Assembly (NCBI RefSeq): GCF_001194135.2 | Contig: NC_068982.1 | Coordinates: 78,290,323 to 78,331,424, forward strand | Length of the DNA stretch: 41,102 nucleotides | From: Octopus bimaculoides | Taxonomy: Eukaryota | Reading direction: 5' to 3' | Part shown: positions 24,676 through 37,249 of the stretch, in pieces | Numbering within the stretch: position 1 is the first letter of the stretch | Layout of the letters: each line of letters starts with the position of its first letter | Notes under the pieces: model-generated | The model's input: only the letters and a program-made list of their open reading frames with translations | What the model was told of the DNA's origin: nothing | The model's database searches: none | Translations under genes and position numbers: made by a program

Positions 24676-26317
24676 GTGGATCATCACTATCTGGTGTCTG
24701 TCCTAAAAGCTGTCGGTTTCGGTCCCGTCTTCAGAGGCTGGATCACTACAATATATAGTGACATCTGCTCGGTTGTCAAATTAAATGGTCACCCCTCGGA
24801 ACTTTTCAGTATTGAAGATTCGGTACTCCAAGGATACTCCCTGTTTTTATATATTTTAACTTTAGAACCCTTGCTGCGAAGGATGGAGAATTGGAGGGGT
24901 ATCCCGTTGGAACTAAGTCACAGGAGAGCTGTGTCTGCATACGCGGACGGCGTCACTGTCATGGTGTCGGACTCTTCGCACATAGAAAAGATTGACACCA
25001 TACTGGAAGAATATCAGGAATGCACAGGAGCACTCATAAACCAAGACAAGTCAGTAGATCTAAAACTAGGCTCTTGGAGAGGCAAGTCGACTAGCAGCGA
25101 TTTCTGTCGCTGGACGGAGGATCCGGTGAAAGTGTTAGGAGTCTGGTTCGGACCAGATCTCCTGGCAGATAAGAACTGGGAAGAGGTTATGACTAGGGTG
25201 GCCAAGCTCACCCAGAAATGGGCAGAAAGGAAGCTGTCTCTGAAAGGACGGATGGAAGTAGTGAATGCATATATCGCCTTAGTAGTGCACTACTGCCTAG
25301 CCGTCGTGCCTTATCCTAAGAAAACTCTGACCAGATTGGAATGCTTGTTTTTCGTATAGAAGGGTCAGGTTCCGCTGATCAGAAAATCCATCTGCAGTTA
25401 ACACCCACACCGTGGTGGTCTTGGGATGCCTTCCTTAATGATGTGGCGCCACGCTATGAGGCTGTCGCACCTACAGAATTATTTAAATCACTGCGATGAT
25501 GTGGACGACGACGACGACGAAAATAAGAGTGAACTGGTGTGGGCGTCTTTCATGCGACACGTCTTTTCGCAGCTCATCTCATTGACAGAACTGCAGTCAT
25601 GTGTCAAACGTAGACCCAGGTTGGGTGTTTGGCATCTAGAATGTTGTCAGATGCTCACTGTATTGTACCAACTGCACAAAACCGATAGTGGGAAAACAAC
25701 TCGAGATTTCTATAGGGGATTAGTTGAGGATATGAGTGATGATGGTCTAGCATTGAATCTAGGCATCGACAAGAAGTTTGAGCAGTCTCTTCCAGAGGAC
25801 CTTCGGTTCAAAGATCATGGACAATTTCCAAAAGTCTTTGGCTCGGCGGTGTTACAGAAGGGCATTGTCCATCTGAGACAAGCTCTTCAAGCATGGAAGT
25901 GCCAACAGCCGAACCTGCTCGAGATACTTGCAGAGGGACGAAACTATCTTGCATACAATGATTCCATGTCCGTGCATTAGAGAGTTGTGAGATTGTGTGG
26001 AGCAGCTGTTGTCGCGTGTAAGATGAATTCAGCTGTCTGCTGAGTACATTGTGAAGATCGACGCACCACCTTCCATTAGCAGAGAAAGAAGGCAGGTCTT
26101 TTTCTGCTTAGTGGCTGTGGCAAAAGAGGCTGGGTGGTGGACCCGTCTGAAAGGTTTGAAGACAGGCACATTCCTATCTGGTCAAGCCCTCATCAATTTC
26201 TTCAAGTATCATTTGAAGAGGAAGGTGAGGATAGAGAGAGAGGTGTCGCCTTCTAGTGTGTTTATCAAAGGTAGTCGACAGTGGCAAGACTGGCGAGACT
26301 GTATGGATCTATTCTGA
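24676..26317 (+). pseudogene. L1/Tx1 ORF2 remnant (RT domains 3-7 and C-terminus), frameshifted
   Basis: ORFs 24676-25359, 25426-25980 and 26051-26317 in changing frames. Confidence 0.85.
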
Positions 26318-26623
26318 ATATGTTTTTCTAAGCAGGAGGAAAGAAACTAGAAGAGGGCACTTTCTCATGCGTTGAACATGGAAGAGTAAGCCAAGTTTTT
26401 TGTGAAGGGTTTACCCCAGATTACCCTAAATGGACTGCCCCGCTATTAGGGATTCTATTATTTATTTATTTCTCTACCTTCTATTACATATCTTCTGTTA
26501 TAGCTTTTAATTTGGTAGTATCTCCCCTTAATTGATGTTAACTCTACATGCTTTTGTGCTGTAACTCATCCTTCGATATTGTCCTCCATGTTTTGGGCCC
26601 CTGTGGCCAATAAAAGAAATCAG

Positions 26624-26692
<69 letters not shown>

Positions 26693-26693
26693 C

Positions 26694-26906
26694 AAGATGG
26701 TGAGCTGGCAGAATCATTAGCATGCCAGGCAAAATGCTTAGTGGCATTTCATCCCTCATTACGTTTTGAGTTCAAATTCTGCCGAGGTCAACTTTGCCTT
26801 TCATCCTTCGGGGTCAATAAAATGAGTACTAGACAAATACTGGGGTCGTTGTGATCGACTTTACCCCTTCCCCCAAATTTCAGGACTTGTGCCTTTAGTA
26901 GAAAGG
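26694..26906 (+). mobile_element. SINE family B, full length, in (ATT)n
   Basis: gatggtgagctggcagaatc A box, gagttcaaattc B box, gcctttcatccttcggggtcaataaaatgagtac domain, ATT tail. Confidence 0.9.
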
Positions 26907-26952
26907 ATTATTATTATTATTATTATTATTACTACTACTACTATTATTATTA

Positions 26953-27010
<58 letters not shown>

Positions 27011-27018
27011 AAGCACTT

Positions 27019-27232
27019 AAGATGGTGAGCTGGCAGAATCGTTAGATCGCCGGGCAAAATGCTTAGCGGTATTTCATGTCTTTACTTCTGAGTTCAAATT
27101 CCGCCGAGGTCGACTTTGTCATTCATCTTTTCGGGGTCGATAAATTAAGTACCAGTGAAACACTGGGTTCACGTAATCGACTAGCTCCGTCTCCCCGCCC
27201 CAAATTTCAGGCCATGTGCTTTAGTAAAAAGG
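27019..27232 (+). mobile_element. SINE family B, full length, tandem to the previous copy
   Basis: Same structure with independent substitutions; separated from the first copy by ~110 nt of (ATT)n. Confidence 0.9.
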
Positions 27233-27253
27233 ATCATTATTACTACTGTTAAT

Positions 27254-27806
27254 GAGTGAGAGAGCAGTGCATGCCATCAAAGTGACACTAGGTTAAAATA
27301 TACGAAGCCCAGTATACCCATCATGACTACCCATCTGATACGGGTACACCAGGCACATACATCACAACCATATGTGCGCGGCATGATGATCTCGTATCAA
27401 TATAATCAACGCATGACCTTGCAGATGGGGCCCAGTTAGAATTTTCTTCAGGTTGAGTAGCCCATCCCGCTCAAAAGGCCCATGAATAAGGTTTGTTTAA
27501 GGATGTTGAACAAAACACCCATGTTTCCAAAGGTGAATTATTCAAACCCTAAAGAATTCCTCTCAACACATGACTATGATGCTTCTCCACTACTTCTGCT
27601 TGTGATCAGGAATGCCCATATTGTCAGCCACCAAGGGACCTGCTCAACTAGCTATGGTCAAACAACTGACAAGCAAATCTGTGGTATTGAGCAGAATGTT
27701 TGCTGTAGCCCATCTTTTATACCAAGACAAAACAATGTACATGATAACATTTGCAATCAGTAAAGATCAAAATCCATGAGAGCCACTATCTGGTACTACA
27801 TCAGAG

Positions 27807-27808
<2 letters not shown>
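27254..27808 (-). mobile_element. ~555-bp non-coding element (family C), copy 1
   Basis: End-to-end match to 30748-31302, 32728-33281 and 37551-38121; ATT tracts on both sides. Confidence 0.9.
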
Positions 27809-27840
<32 letters not shown>

Positions 27841-27852
27841 GATTATTATTAT

Positions 27853-28667
27853 GTTTTTTTTCTTTTCTTCTTTCTTCAAATTTTCTTCCATTTCTCGCCG
27901 AGTGTTTTCTGTACACCTAGGGCAGAGAAACTCGTTGTATGCATTCCCAGTTTACACACGCAAATTCACAGGTAAAATATGTATTAAGAAAAAAAAAAAA
28001 ATTCATGAATGGATGTTGTTTTCACAGCGATAATGCTCTTCTCAGTACATGAGTCGTTCCACTTAGCACGAATTTTTGCACTTCCTGTAGGGATGGTAAG
28101 CCTGGTATCATTTTCAAATAGGTTTCAGTACCTTTTTTTTATCATTCCTAGAGATCCTACAATCACTGGTACGGTAGTCGCCTTGAGGTGCCACATTTTT
28201 TCAATTTCTATTAGCAAGTCTTTATATTTACTGATCTTGTCAAATCCTTTCGCCGCTATATNNNNNNNNNNNNNNNNNNNNNNNNNNNNNNNNNNNNNNN
28301 NNNNNNNNNNNNNNNNNNNNNNNNNNNNNNNNNNNNNNNNNNNNNNNNNNNNNNNNNNNNNNNNNNNNNNNNNNNNNNNNNNNNNNNNNNNNNNNNNNNN
28401 NNNNNNNNNNNNNNNNNNNNNNNNNNNNNNNNNNNNNNNNNNNNNNNNNNNNNNNNNNNNNNNNNNNNNNNNNNNNNNNNNNNNNNNNNNNNNNNNNNNN
28501 NNNNNNNNNNNNNNNNNNNNNNNNNNNNNNNNNNNNNNNNNNNNNNNNNNNNNNNNNNNNNNNNNNNNNGCTTCAGGATGGTGTTTATACCATTTGTCAG
28601 CGGTTTTGATTTTATAATGCTGACATATTGTCCAGTGTAAATACTGGCCAACTCTGTCATGTCTTGC

Positions 28668-28670
<3 letters not shown>
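27853..28670 (-). mobile_element. R4/Dong-like LINE 3' fragment (copy 2), interrupted by gap
   Basis: KARHDRVGQYLHWTICQHYKIKTADKWYKHHPE, gap, then DKISKYKDLLIEIEKMWHLKATTVPVIVGSLG..GTTHVLRR. (AAT)n at both ends. Confidence 0.9.
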
Positions 28671-28723
<53 letters not shown>

Positions 28724-28724
<1 letters not shown>

Positions 28725-29640
28725 GACGTCGCATAGTATACAATATCGTGAGGTTGTTGATTGAAGATATTTTGTCTACCGGGGGTTTGTACTGTTTGTC
28801 AAGTCACAACAAGGACCTTAGGCAGACAGTACTTTACGCAATATGCATGCAGTTCCAAGTAATACCGATTTTTGCAATGCATCTAGATTGTAGAGTATCT
28901 CTAAAGTTTTCAAATGTTTTTTCAGATTGGGTGGTATTGAACCCAATGTTGCGATGACAATAGGGATAAACTTTATGTTTAACTCTCGTAGCTTCCACAT
29001 CTTAGCGATCTCAATTCTTAGGTCTCCATGTTTATCAACCTTTTCTTTCTTTCATGATGATATGTTGATCTCCTGGCGCTGCCACATCAATTATTAGATA
29101 CACTTGTTTGTCCCTCCTGAAGGTTGCTATACCTAGCCTTCGGTGCTCTAATACCTTGTCTGTCTGGAAATCAAAGTCCCAGAGGATTTTTGCCTTCCCC
29201 TTTTCGTCCGTAACCTCATATCCATACTTACGCCATAGTAGCCAGTGGAAGTTTTGGGCTACCTCGTAGTGTCTACGCTTGTACTATTTCTGCGCAAGAC
29301 TTTCACATGCACTAACAATGTGAGTCACGCTTTCGACCCTCTTCCCACACATCCTGCAGAGGTCCGTTGCACTTGTGTGGTATATATTTGTAACGGTTGG
29401 TGCAAAACCGTTGTTCCACCACGGGAAAAGATCTGACGCAGTGTTAATTCAAATTTGGGTATAGTGGATCGAATCCACTTCACGCCTGCAAGATTCCTAT
29501 ATATTCTTTGTTACTGAGCTGATATTCAATGCTTGGTTCTGGGCAGCGATGATTAGGCTTTCAGTATTCTTTTTTAGGTCACCCTTGTTAAGCCATCGCC
29601 ATGATGCATCCTGGTCTTTTAATTTGTTGGTTTCAGCAAT
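28724..29640 (-). mobile_element. R4/Dong-like LINE 3' fragment (copy 3)
   Basis: SWRWLNKGDLKKNTESLIIAAQ..CRMCGKRVESVTHIVSAC..KAKILWDFDFQTD..QKSVLLGTACILRKVLSA*, 3'UTR and (AAT)n tail. Confidence 0.92.
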
Positions 29641-29740
29641 TTTATTGATCTCCGAAGGATGAAAGGCAAAATTGACCTCGGCAGAATTTGAACTCAGAAC
29701 GTAATGAGGGATGAAATACCACTAAGCATTTTGTCTGACA
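29639..29740 (-). mobile_element. SINE family B internal fragment fused to the 5' end of R4 copy 3
   Basis: Minus strand aaatgcttagtggtatttc..gagttcaaattctgccgaggtcaattttgcctttcatccttcggagatcaataaaat runs straight into LINE coding sequence. Confidence 0.8.
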
Positions 29741-29741
29741 T

Positions 29742-29990
29742 TGTTAACACGCTGATCAAAATGCTTAGCAGCATTTTGTTCATCCTCACATCCTGAGTTA
29801 AAATTCTACCGAGGGTGACTTTGCCTTTCATCTTTTTGTGGTCGATAAAGTAAGTACCAGTTGAGTACTGGCGTTGATTTGATCGACTCACTCTCTCCTC
29901 TGAAATTGCTAGCCCTGGGGCCTTGTACTCAAATATGAAACCATTATTATTGTAAAGGTGGCGAGCTGGCACACCATTAGTGCATTAGCT
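29742..29990 (+). mobile_element. SINE family B (5'-truncated) followed by the head of another copy
   Basis: Full domain and ATT tail to ~29950, then ggtggcgagctggcacaccattag. Confidence 0.8.
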
Positions 29991-30635
29991 CAATTCTGCT
30001 ATCTGTATAGNNNNNNNNNNNNNNNNNNNNNNNNNNNNNNNNNNNNNNNNNNNNNNNNNNNNNNNNNNNNNNNNNNNNNNNNNNNNNNNNNNNNNNNNNN
30101 NNNNNNNNNNNNNNNNNNNNNNNNNNNNNNNNNNNNNNNNNNNNNNNNNNNNNNNNNNNNNNNNNNNNNNNNNNNNNNNNNNNNNNNNNNNNNNNNNNNN
30201 NNNNNNNNNNNNNNNNNNNNNNNNNNNNNNNNNNNNNNNNNNNNNNNNNNNNNNNNNNNNNNNNNNNNNNNNNNNNNNNNNNNNNNNNNNNNNNNNNNNN
30301 NNNNNNNNNNNNNNNNNNNNNNNNNNNNNNNNNNNNNNNNNNNNNNNNNNNNNNNNNNNNNNNNNNNNNNNNNNNNNNNNNNNNNNNNNNNNNNNNNNNN
30401 NNNNNNNNNNNTTCACAAATTTAGACATTTGTTTGTTATTCCAGCCACTGTTTTTACAGCTGGATTTTCCTTCTGTTACAAACCACTCAATCATAAAAAT
30501 GGCAAGGGTGTGTGATGGAGGGAGGAGTTGGGGTTGAACCTGTTATCAAGTGAGGCAAATTCATTTGAGTAGGGAACTAAAGCTTTTCATAAAATTCAAT
30601 AATAATAATAACAACAACAACAACAACAACAATAC

Positions 30636-30683
<48 letters not shown>

Positions 30684-30700
30684 TAATAATAATAATAATG

Positions 30701-30744
<44 letters not shown>

Positions 30745-30747
30745 CAA

Positions 30748-31302
30748 TACCCTGATACAGTACCAGGTAGTGACTGTCGTGGTTTCTGATCTTAATTGAT
30801 TGGAAGTGTTATCATGTACATTGTTTTGTTTTGGTATAAAAGATGAGCTACAGAAAATATTCTGCTCATTACCACGGATTTGCTCGTCAGTTGTTTGATC
30901 TTAACCAGTTGAGTATGTCCCTTGGTGGCTGACGACATGTGCATCTCTGAACATGAGCAGAAGTAGTGGTGGAGCATCATAGCCATGTGTTGAGAGGAAT
31001 TCTTTGGGGTTTGGATAATTCACCTTTGGAAACATGGCTGTTTCATTCAACATCCTTAAACAACCCTTATTCAGGAACCTTTTGAGTTGGTTGGGCTACT
31101 CAACCTGAATAAAATTCTAGCTGAGCCCTACCTGCTACGTTATGCGCTGTTTATCTTGATATGAGATCACCATATAATGCACATATGGTTATGATGAATG
31201 TGCCTGGTGTACCCTTATCAGACGGGTAGTCATGATGGGTATACTGGGCTTCGTATATTTTACTCCAGTGTCACTTTGATGGCATGCACTGCTCTTTCAT
31301 TC
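30748..31302 (+). mobile_element. ~555-bp family C element, copy 2
   Basis: Between long (AAT)n arrays 30598-30744 and 31303-31365. Confidence 0.92.
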
Positions 31303-31365
<63 letters not shown>

Positions 31366-31366
<1 letters not shown>

Positions 31367-32318
31367 GACGTACAAGCACAGAAAATGCTAAGCGTATGAA
31401 AACCCGTACTAAAAATGGCAAATACCCAAGGAGAGCTAATAATGCCGATATTGACAAAGCCTTTACCAATCAATAGTTAGTGTCTTCTGGCTTAAAATCA
31501 GAAACAGAAGGGTTTATCATAGCAGCCTAAGATCAATGCCTACCTACAAGGAGCTACCAGGCCAACATATTAAAGAACGACAGTAGCCCAACATGTCGTG
31601 TATGTAAACAACAAAGTGAAACCATGTCTCCATGTGCAGTCTTCTTGTGCTTATAGAGTATCTCAACATGCATGATAGAGTAGCACAGTGTATTGACTGG
31701 GTAATTTACAAACAACCTGAACCTGCCCCATGATAAAAGCTGGTAGGAACACAAACCACCGCCAGTTCTTGAAAATGATCACATCTCACTCCTCTGGAAA
31801 GATCGATGCGAATAGGTCAGACATTATATTGAAGGACTTCAGACAAAAATCATACCTCCTCATTGATATGACTGTCCCAATCAATATAAAATGTATCTGT
31901 CAAGACCTACCAAAAACTGAGCCAGTATAAAGATCTTGAAATAGAAATTGGCAAAATGTGGAACCTCAAAACTAAAACAATACCTGTTGCCATAGATGCC
32001 CTAGGAATGATAGCAAAAGGAGCTGATTCCTACATAGCTCAGATACCAGGAATCCCCAAAATGGCAGAAATTCAAGAGATAGTGCTCATGGGAACTCTCC
32101 ATATCCTACGTAAAATGCTGTCTATGTAATTTCAAATTTTAAAACAAACTTATAATTTTCTTATGTTTTCTTAAACTTCTCTAGAACAATACTATGTGCA
32201 AAACCAAATATATGGCAGTCTAGGTATGACACCTACTTGAACTTTTAACTTGTCTCTTGAGGTCTCTGGGTGAGACTTGGAGTCAACTTGTACAACTACA
32301 AAGCAAAAGTCAAACATA
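31366..32318 (+). mobile_element. R4/Dong-like LINE 3' fragment (copy 4)
   Basis: SGLKSETEGFIIAA*DQCLPTRSYQANI..CRVCK..RSDIILKD..IDMTVP..YKDLEIEIGKMW..MGTLHILRKMLSM*, 3'UTR, AAT tail. Confidence 0.9.
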
Positions 32319-32333
32319 TAATAATAATAATAG

Positions 32334-32648
32334 TCAAAGTCCCAGAGGACTTTTGCCTTCCAGCGCTAAGATGTGGCAGCTACGAGAGTCGAACATAAAG
32401 GTTATCCCTATTGTCATCGGAGTATTGGGTTCAATACTACCCAATCTGAAAAAAACATCTGAAAACCTTAGAAATGCCCTACAATCTAGATGAATTGCAA
32501 AAGTTGGCATTGCTTGGAACTGCACGCATATTGCGTAAAGTACTGTCTGCCTGAGATCCTTGCTGTGACTCGACAAACAGTACAAACCCCCAGTAGATAT
32601 AATATCTTCAATCAACAACCTCACGATATTGTATACTGGGCGACGTCT
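32334..32648 (+). mobile_element. R4/Dong-like LINE 3' end (copy 5, same subfamily as copy 3) with 28-bp 5' inversion
   Basis: AKMWQLRESNIKVIPIVIGVLG..LLGTARILRKVLSA* and a 3'UTR matching copy 3; 32334-32361 is antisense LINE sequence. Confidence 0.9.
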
Positions 32649-32664
32649 ATACTACTACTACTAC

Positions 32665-32727
<63 letters not shown>

Positions 32728-32729
<2 letters not shown>

Positions 32730-33281
32730 GCCTTGATGCACTACCAGGCAGTGGCTCTCATGGCTTCTGATCTTAATTGATTGGAAGTGTTGTCATGTAC
32801 ATATTTTGTTTTGGTATAAAAGATGGGCTACAGAAAATATTCTGCTCAATACCACAGATTTGCTTGTCACTTGTTTGACCTTAACCAGTTGAGCATGTCC
32901 CTTGGTGGCTGACGATATGTGCATCTCTGATCACGAGCATAAGTAGTAGGGGAGCATCATAGTCATGTGTTGAGAGGAATTCTTTGGGGTTTGAATAATT
33001 CACCTTTGGAAACATGGGTGTTTCGCTCACATCCTTAAACAAACCTTATTCAGGAACCTTTTGAGCGGGATGGGCTACTCGACCTGAAGAAAATTCTAGC
33101 TGGGCCCCACCTGCGAGGTCATGCGCTTTTTATTTTGATATGAGATCACCATGTTGCGCACATATTGTTGTGATGCTTGTGCCTGGTGTACCCTTATCAG
33201 ACGGGTAGTCATGATGGGTATAATGGGCTTCGTATATTTTACCCCAGTGTCACTTTGGTGGTATGCACCGCTCTCTCACTC
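32728..33281 (+). mobile_element. ~555-bp family C element, copy 3
   Basis: (AAT)n on both sides. Confidence 0.92.
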
Positions 33282-34385
<1,104 letters not shown>

Positions 34386-34410
34386 ATAATAATAATAATA
34401 ATAATAATAA

Positions 34411-34467
<57 letters not shown>

Positions 34468-34475
34468 CAGCAGTA

Positions 34476-34695
34476 GATGGAACAAATAGGGGCTGCGATA
34501 AAGAGTACATAGAACAAATAGGGGCTGCAATAAGGGTGGAGCACTTGCAGAAAGCAGCACTGCTTGGAACCGCTCGAATACTCCGGAAGGTGCTCGAAAA
34601 ATAAGGGGTGTTGCCTTAGTTCTCTGGTAGTGAACGGCTGACACTGTCGTACATCTCCAGTGTTAGAAGCTGTGCGAAGACAATAAAATGATAAT
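34476..34695 (+). mobile_element. R4/Dong-like LINE extreme 3' end (copy 7) with 5' duplication
   Basis: EQIGAAIRVEHLQKAALLGTARILRKVLEK*; gaacaaataggggctgc repeated at 34480 and 34512. Confidence 0.85.
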
Positions 34696-34702
34696 TATTA
34701 TT

Positions 34703-35456
34703 ATTTCTTTATTAACCACAAAGGTTTATAGTAAGAAAAACATTATGGACAGTACAGGACAAAACAAAGCATGTGCTTGTATATGTGAGTGTGTGTTGTG
34801 AGGGTTTTGCGTGTAAACAAGAATAACAAAATTTTTAAAAATCAACAATGTGTGATCCTCAATCGTGAGGAGACGTTCGGAGGTTGCTCAAGGAAAAAAA
34901 ACATGGGTACCCTGACTTTTGGGGCACAAAAAGCGGAAGAGTATACGCTCCAGCGTAATCAGACGGTGGTCAGGACAAGGCACGACGGTCAAGCGATAGT
35001 AGACGACGGACGCGATATACGCGTTAGCCACCTTTGCCCGGCTCATTTCTGGGTGAGAGTAATTACTCTGCTCGTTATCTCATCCCAGTTCTTGTTCATC
35101 TGGAGGTCCGGACCAAACCAGGCATCGAGCAATTTAACCGATCCGTCCGTCTAGCGCCCAACGACGCAGTTGAACGGCATGGACTTACTTCTCCAAGTGC
35201 CGAGCCGCAAGCCCACTGATTTTTCCTGGTTAATTGTCACCTCTGAAACCGCCTCGTAGTCCCTAAGAGCGGTGCCGATCATTTCTATGTGTTTATGATC
35301 CGACATCACTAAAGGTGACACCGTCGGCATATGCCAACACGCATCTCCCACATCCTAGGTCACGTAGGATGCCTCTCAACGCCTCCACTTTGTGTATTAG
35401 TGGATCGAGAGTCAGTACGTACAAGAGAGACGAGAGGAGGCAACCATGCCGGATCG
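34703..35456 (-). mobile_element. L1/Tx1-clade LINE, 5'-truncated and internally deleted (copy B)
   Basis: LYVLTLDP..AYADGVT..INQEKSVGLRLGTW..WFGPDL..VANAYI..TLERILF, then 3'UTR ending gtggttAATAAAagaaat like copy A. Confidence 0.85.
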
Positions 35457-35466
35457 TAATAATAAT

Positions 35467-35683
35467 AGTTTCAAATTCTGGAATAAAGCCAACAATTTTT
35501 TGGGAAGAGATAATATGATTACATAGAGTCCAGTACTTGATTGGTACCTTATTTTATCAACCCATAAACTCTGAAAAGATGAAAAGTTAAACTGAGAGGT
35601 TTGAACTCAGAATGCAAAGGGTCAAAAGAAATAGGCTAAGCATTTTCTTTGCTGTGCTGGTAACTCTGTCAGTTCACTGCCTT
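35467..35683 (-). mobile_element. SINE family B
   Basis: Minus strand: aaggcagtgaactgacagag..aaatgcttagcc..gagttcaaacc..gataaaataaggtacc; sense-strand ATT flanks. Confidence 0.75.
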
Positions 35684-35703
35684 AATAATAATAATAATAA
35701 TAA

Positions 35704-36618
35704 TGGCAAGAAAAGCCCCTACATGGTAAATACTGGGCTAAACTAAATGCGAAAGAAATAGACAGAGAAAAATCCCAGCAATGGCTGAGAAGCTCAGGAC
35801 TCAAAGCAGAGACTGAAGGATTTTTAATTGCTGCACAAGACCAAAGCCTCCCCACCAGAAATTACCAAAAACACATAATGAAAAGAAATATAACAAGTAA
35901 CTGTAGAATATGTGGAGATCGACAAGAAACAATAAATCATATTATCTCTGGCTGCCCAGTCCTGGCTAAGAAGGAATATATCCACAGACACGACAGAGCT
36001 GGGACCTATATACACTGGAAGCTATGCCAACNNNNNNNNNNNNNNNNNNNNNNNNNNNNNNNNNNNNNNNNNNNNNNNNNNNNNNNNNNNNNNNNNNNNN
36101 NNNNNNNNNNNNNNNNNNNNNNNNNNNNNNNNNNNNNNNNNNNNNNNNNNNNNNNNNNNNNNNNNNNNNNNNNNNNNNNNNNNNNNNNNNNNNNNNNNNN
36201 NNNNNNNNNNNNNNNNNNNNNNNNNNNNNNNNNNNNNNNNNNNNNNNNNNNNNNNNNNNNNNNNNNNNNNNNNNNNNNNNNNNNNNNNNNNNNNNNNNNN
36301 NNNNNNNNNNNNNNNNNNNNNNNNNNNNNNNNNNNNNNNNNNNNNNNNNNNNNNNNNNNNNNNNNNNNNNNNCTATCATAGTAGGTGCCTTAGGTATAAT
36401 AAAAAAATATTCAGACAAATACATAACAAAAATAACAGGACTTACAAATATATATAACATACAGAAAATTGCACTACTGGGTACTGCACACATCCTACGC
36501 AAAACACTTTCAATACAGTAAACATAAGAGCACCACAGCAAACCACAGCACATACCCAAGGCGCACAGAGCTGCGCTCGGTAGTGAAGTGAAAGCACGTT
36601 ATAAAAATAAAACTACTG
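35704..36618 (+). mobile_element. R4/Dong-like LINE 3' fragment (copy 8), apparently young
   Basis: Stop-free WQEKPLHGKY..WLRSSGLKAETEGFLIAAQDQSLPTRNY..CRICGDRQETINHIISGC..RHDRAGTYIHWKLCQ, gap, IIVGALG..QKIALLGTAHILRKTLSIQ*. (AAT)n at both ends. Confidence 0.93.
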
Positions 36619-36689
36619 AATAATAATAATAATAATTTTGGGGTTGGAAACTGTGAAAAGTAGGTGTAAGGAGGAGGTAAAATTCGGTG

Positions 36690-37165
36690 CGACCACAATC
36701 TATGGAGAGTGACTGAATTGGAGACTTGCAAATTCCTGTGGGATTTCCCAATTCAAACAGACCAGATGCTTCAGCACAACAAAGACAAAGTAAACCACAT
36801 GTGCTTATAATTGATGTTGCATGCCCATTTGACCCATGGACAGTTAAGAAGGAAGATGAGAAAGTAGACCTACACAATCCTCTGAAATAGTCCAACTATG
36901 GAAGATGAGAAAGGTGAAGATACTGCCAATCATTGCTAGGGCCTTGGGGACAGTATCAAAAGATAATGGGAGGAACATAAAGAAAATAAGAGTAGGGTTT
37001 CCAGTAGAACTGTTACAAAACTGTGCCTCCTTGGCACAGCCTGAATCAACCGGAAAGCATTAGATAGTTGAAGAGAACAAATAGCATAGTACCATTGGTA
37101 GCACTCAAGTCATGCAAGATTGTAGGAGTTTCTGCAAAACCTGAGTTAAAAAATAAATAAATATC
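36690..37165 (+). mobile_element. R4/Dong-like LINE 3' fragment (copy 9), old
   Basis: KFLWDFPIQTD..IIDVACPFD..KKEDEK..LWKMRKVKILPIIARALG..CLLGTA*INRKAL with indels. Confidence 0.8.
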
Positions 37166-37191
37166 ATCATCATCATCACCACCACCACCAC

Positions 37192-37249
<58 letters not shown>

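Larger units (their letters stand above)
23040..26620 (+). mobile_element. L1/Tx1-clade LINE, near full span, with APE and RT N-terminus deleted
   Basis: ORF1 remnants 23302-24600 with degenerate knuckle CHDCGSKSH. RT remnant VDHHYL..QG..LYILTLEP..YADG..INQDKS (24676-25359). C-terminal Cys region ETILH. 3' end ggccAATAAAagaaat followed by (CAT)n. 5' boundary approximate. Confidence 0.85.

Noticed and set aside
26694-27232. Tandem SINE-B pair as a local segmental duplication
   Set aside because: The copies differ at many scattered positions and flanks are not duplicated; independent insertions into the same ATT tract are more likely.
32909-32945. Hammerhead core CTGACGA within family C
   Set aside because: No properly placed GAAA or stem II, and the motif is not conserved in copy 1 (CTGACAA).
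32728-33281. Family C as a solo LTR (internal TATAAAAG, starts near TG)
   Set aside because: No clean TG..CA ends with a 4-6 bp TSD; microsatellite flanks and a 5'-truncated chimeric copy favour TPRT. Not fully excluded.
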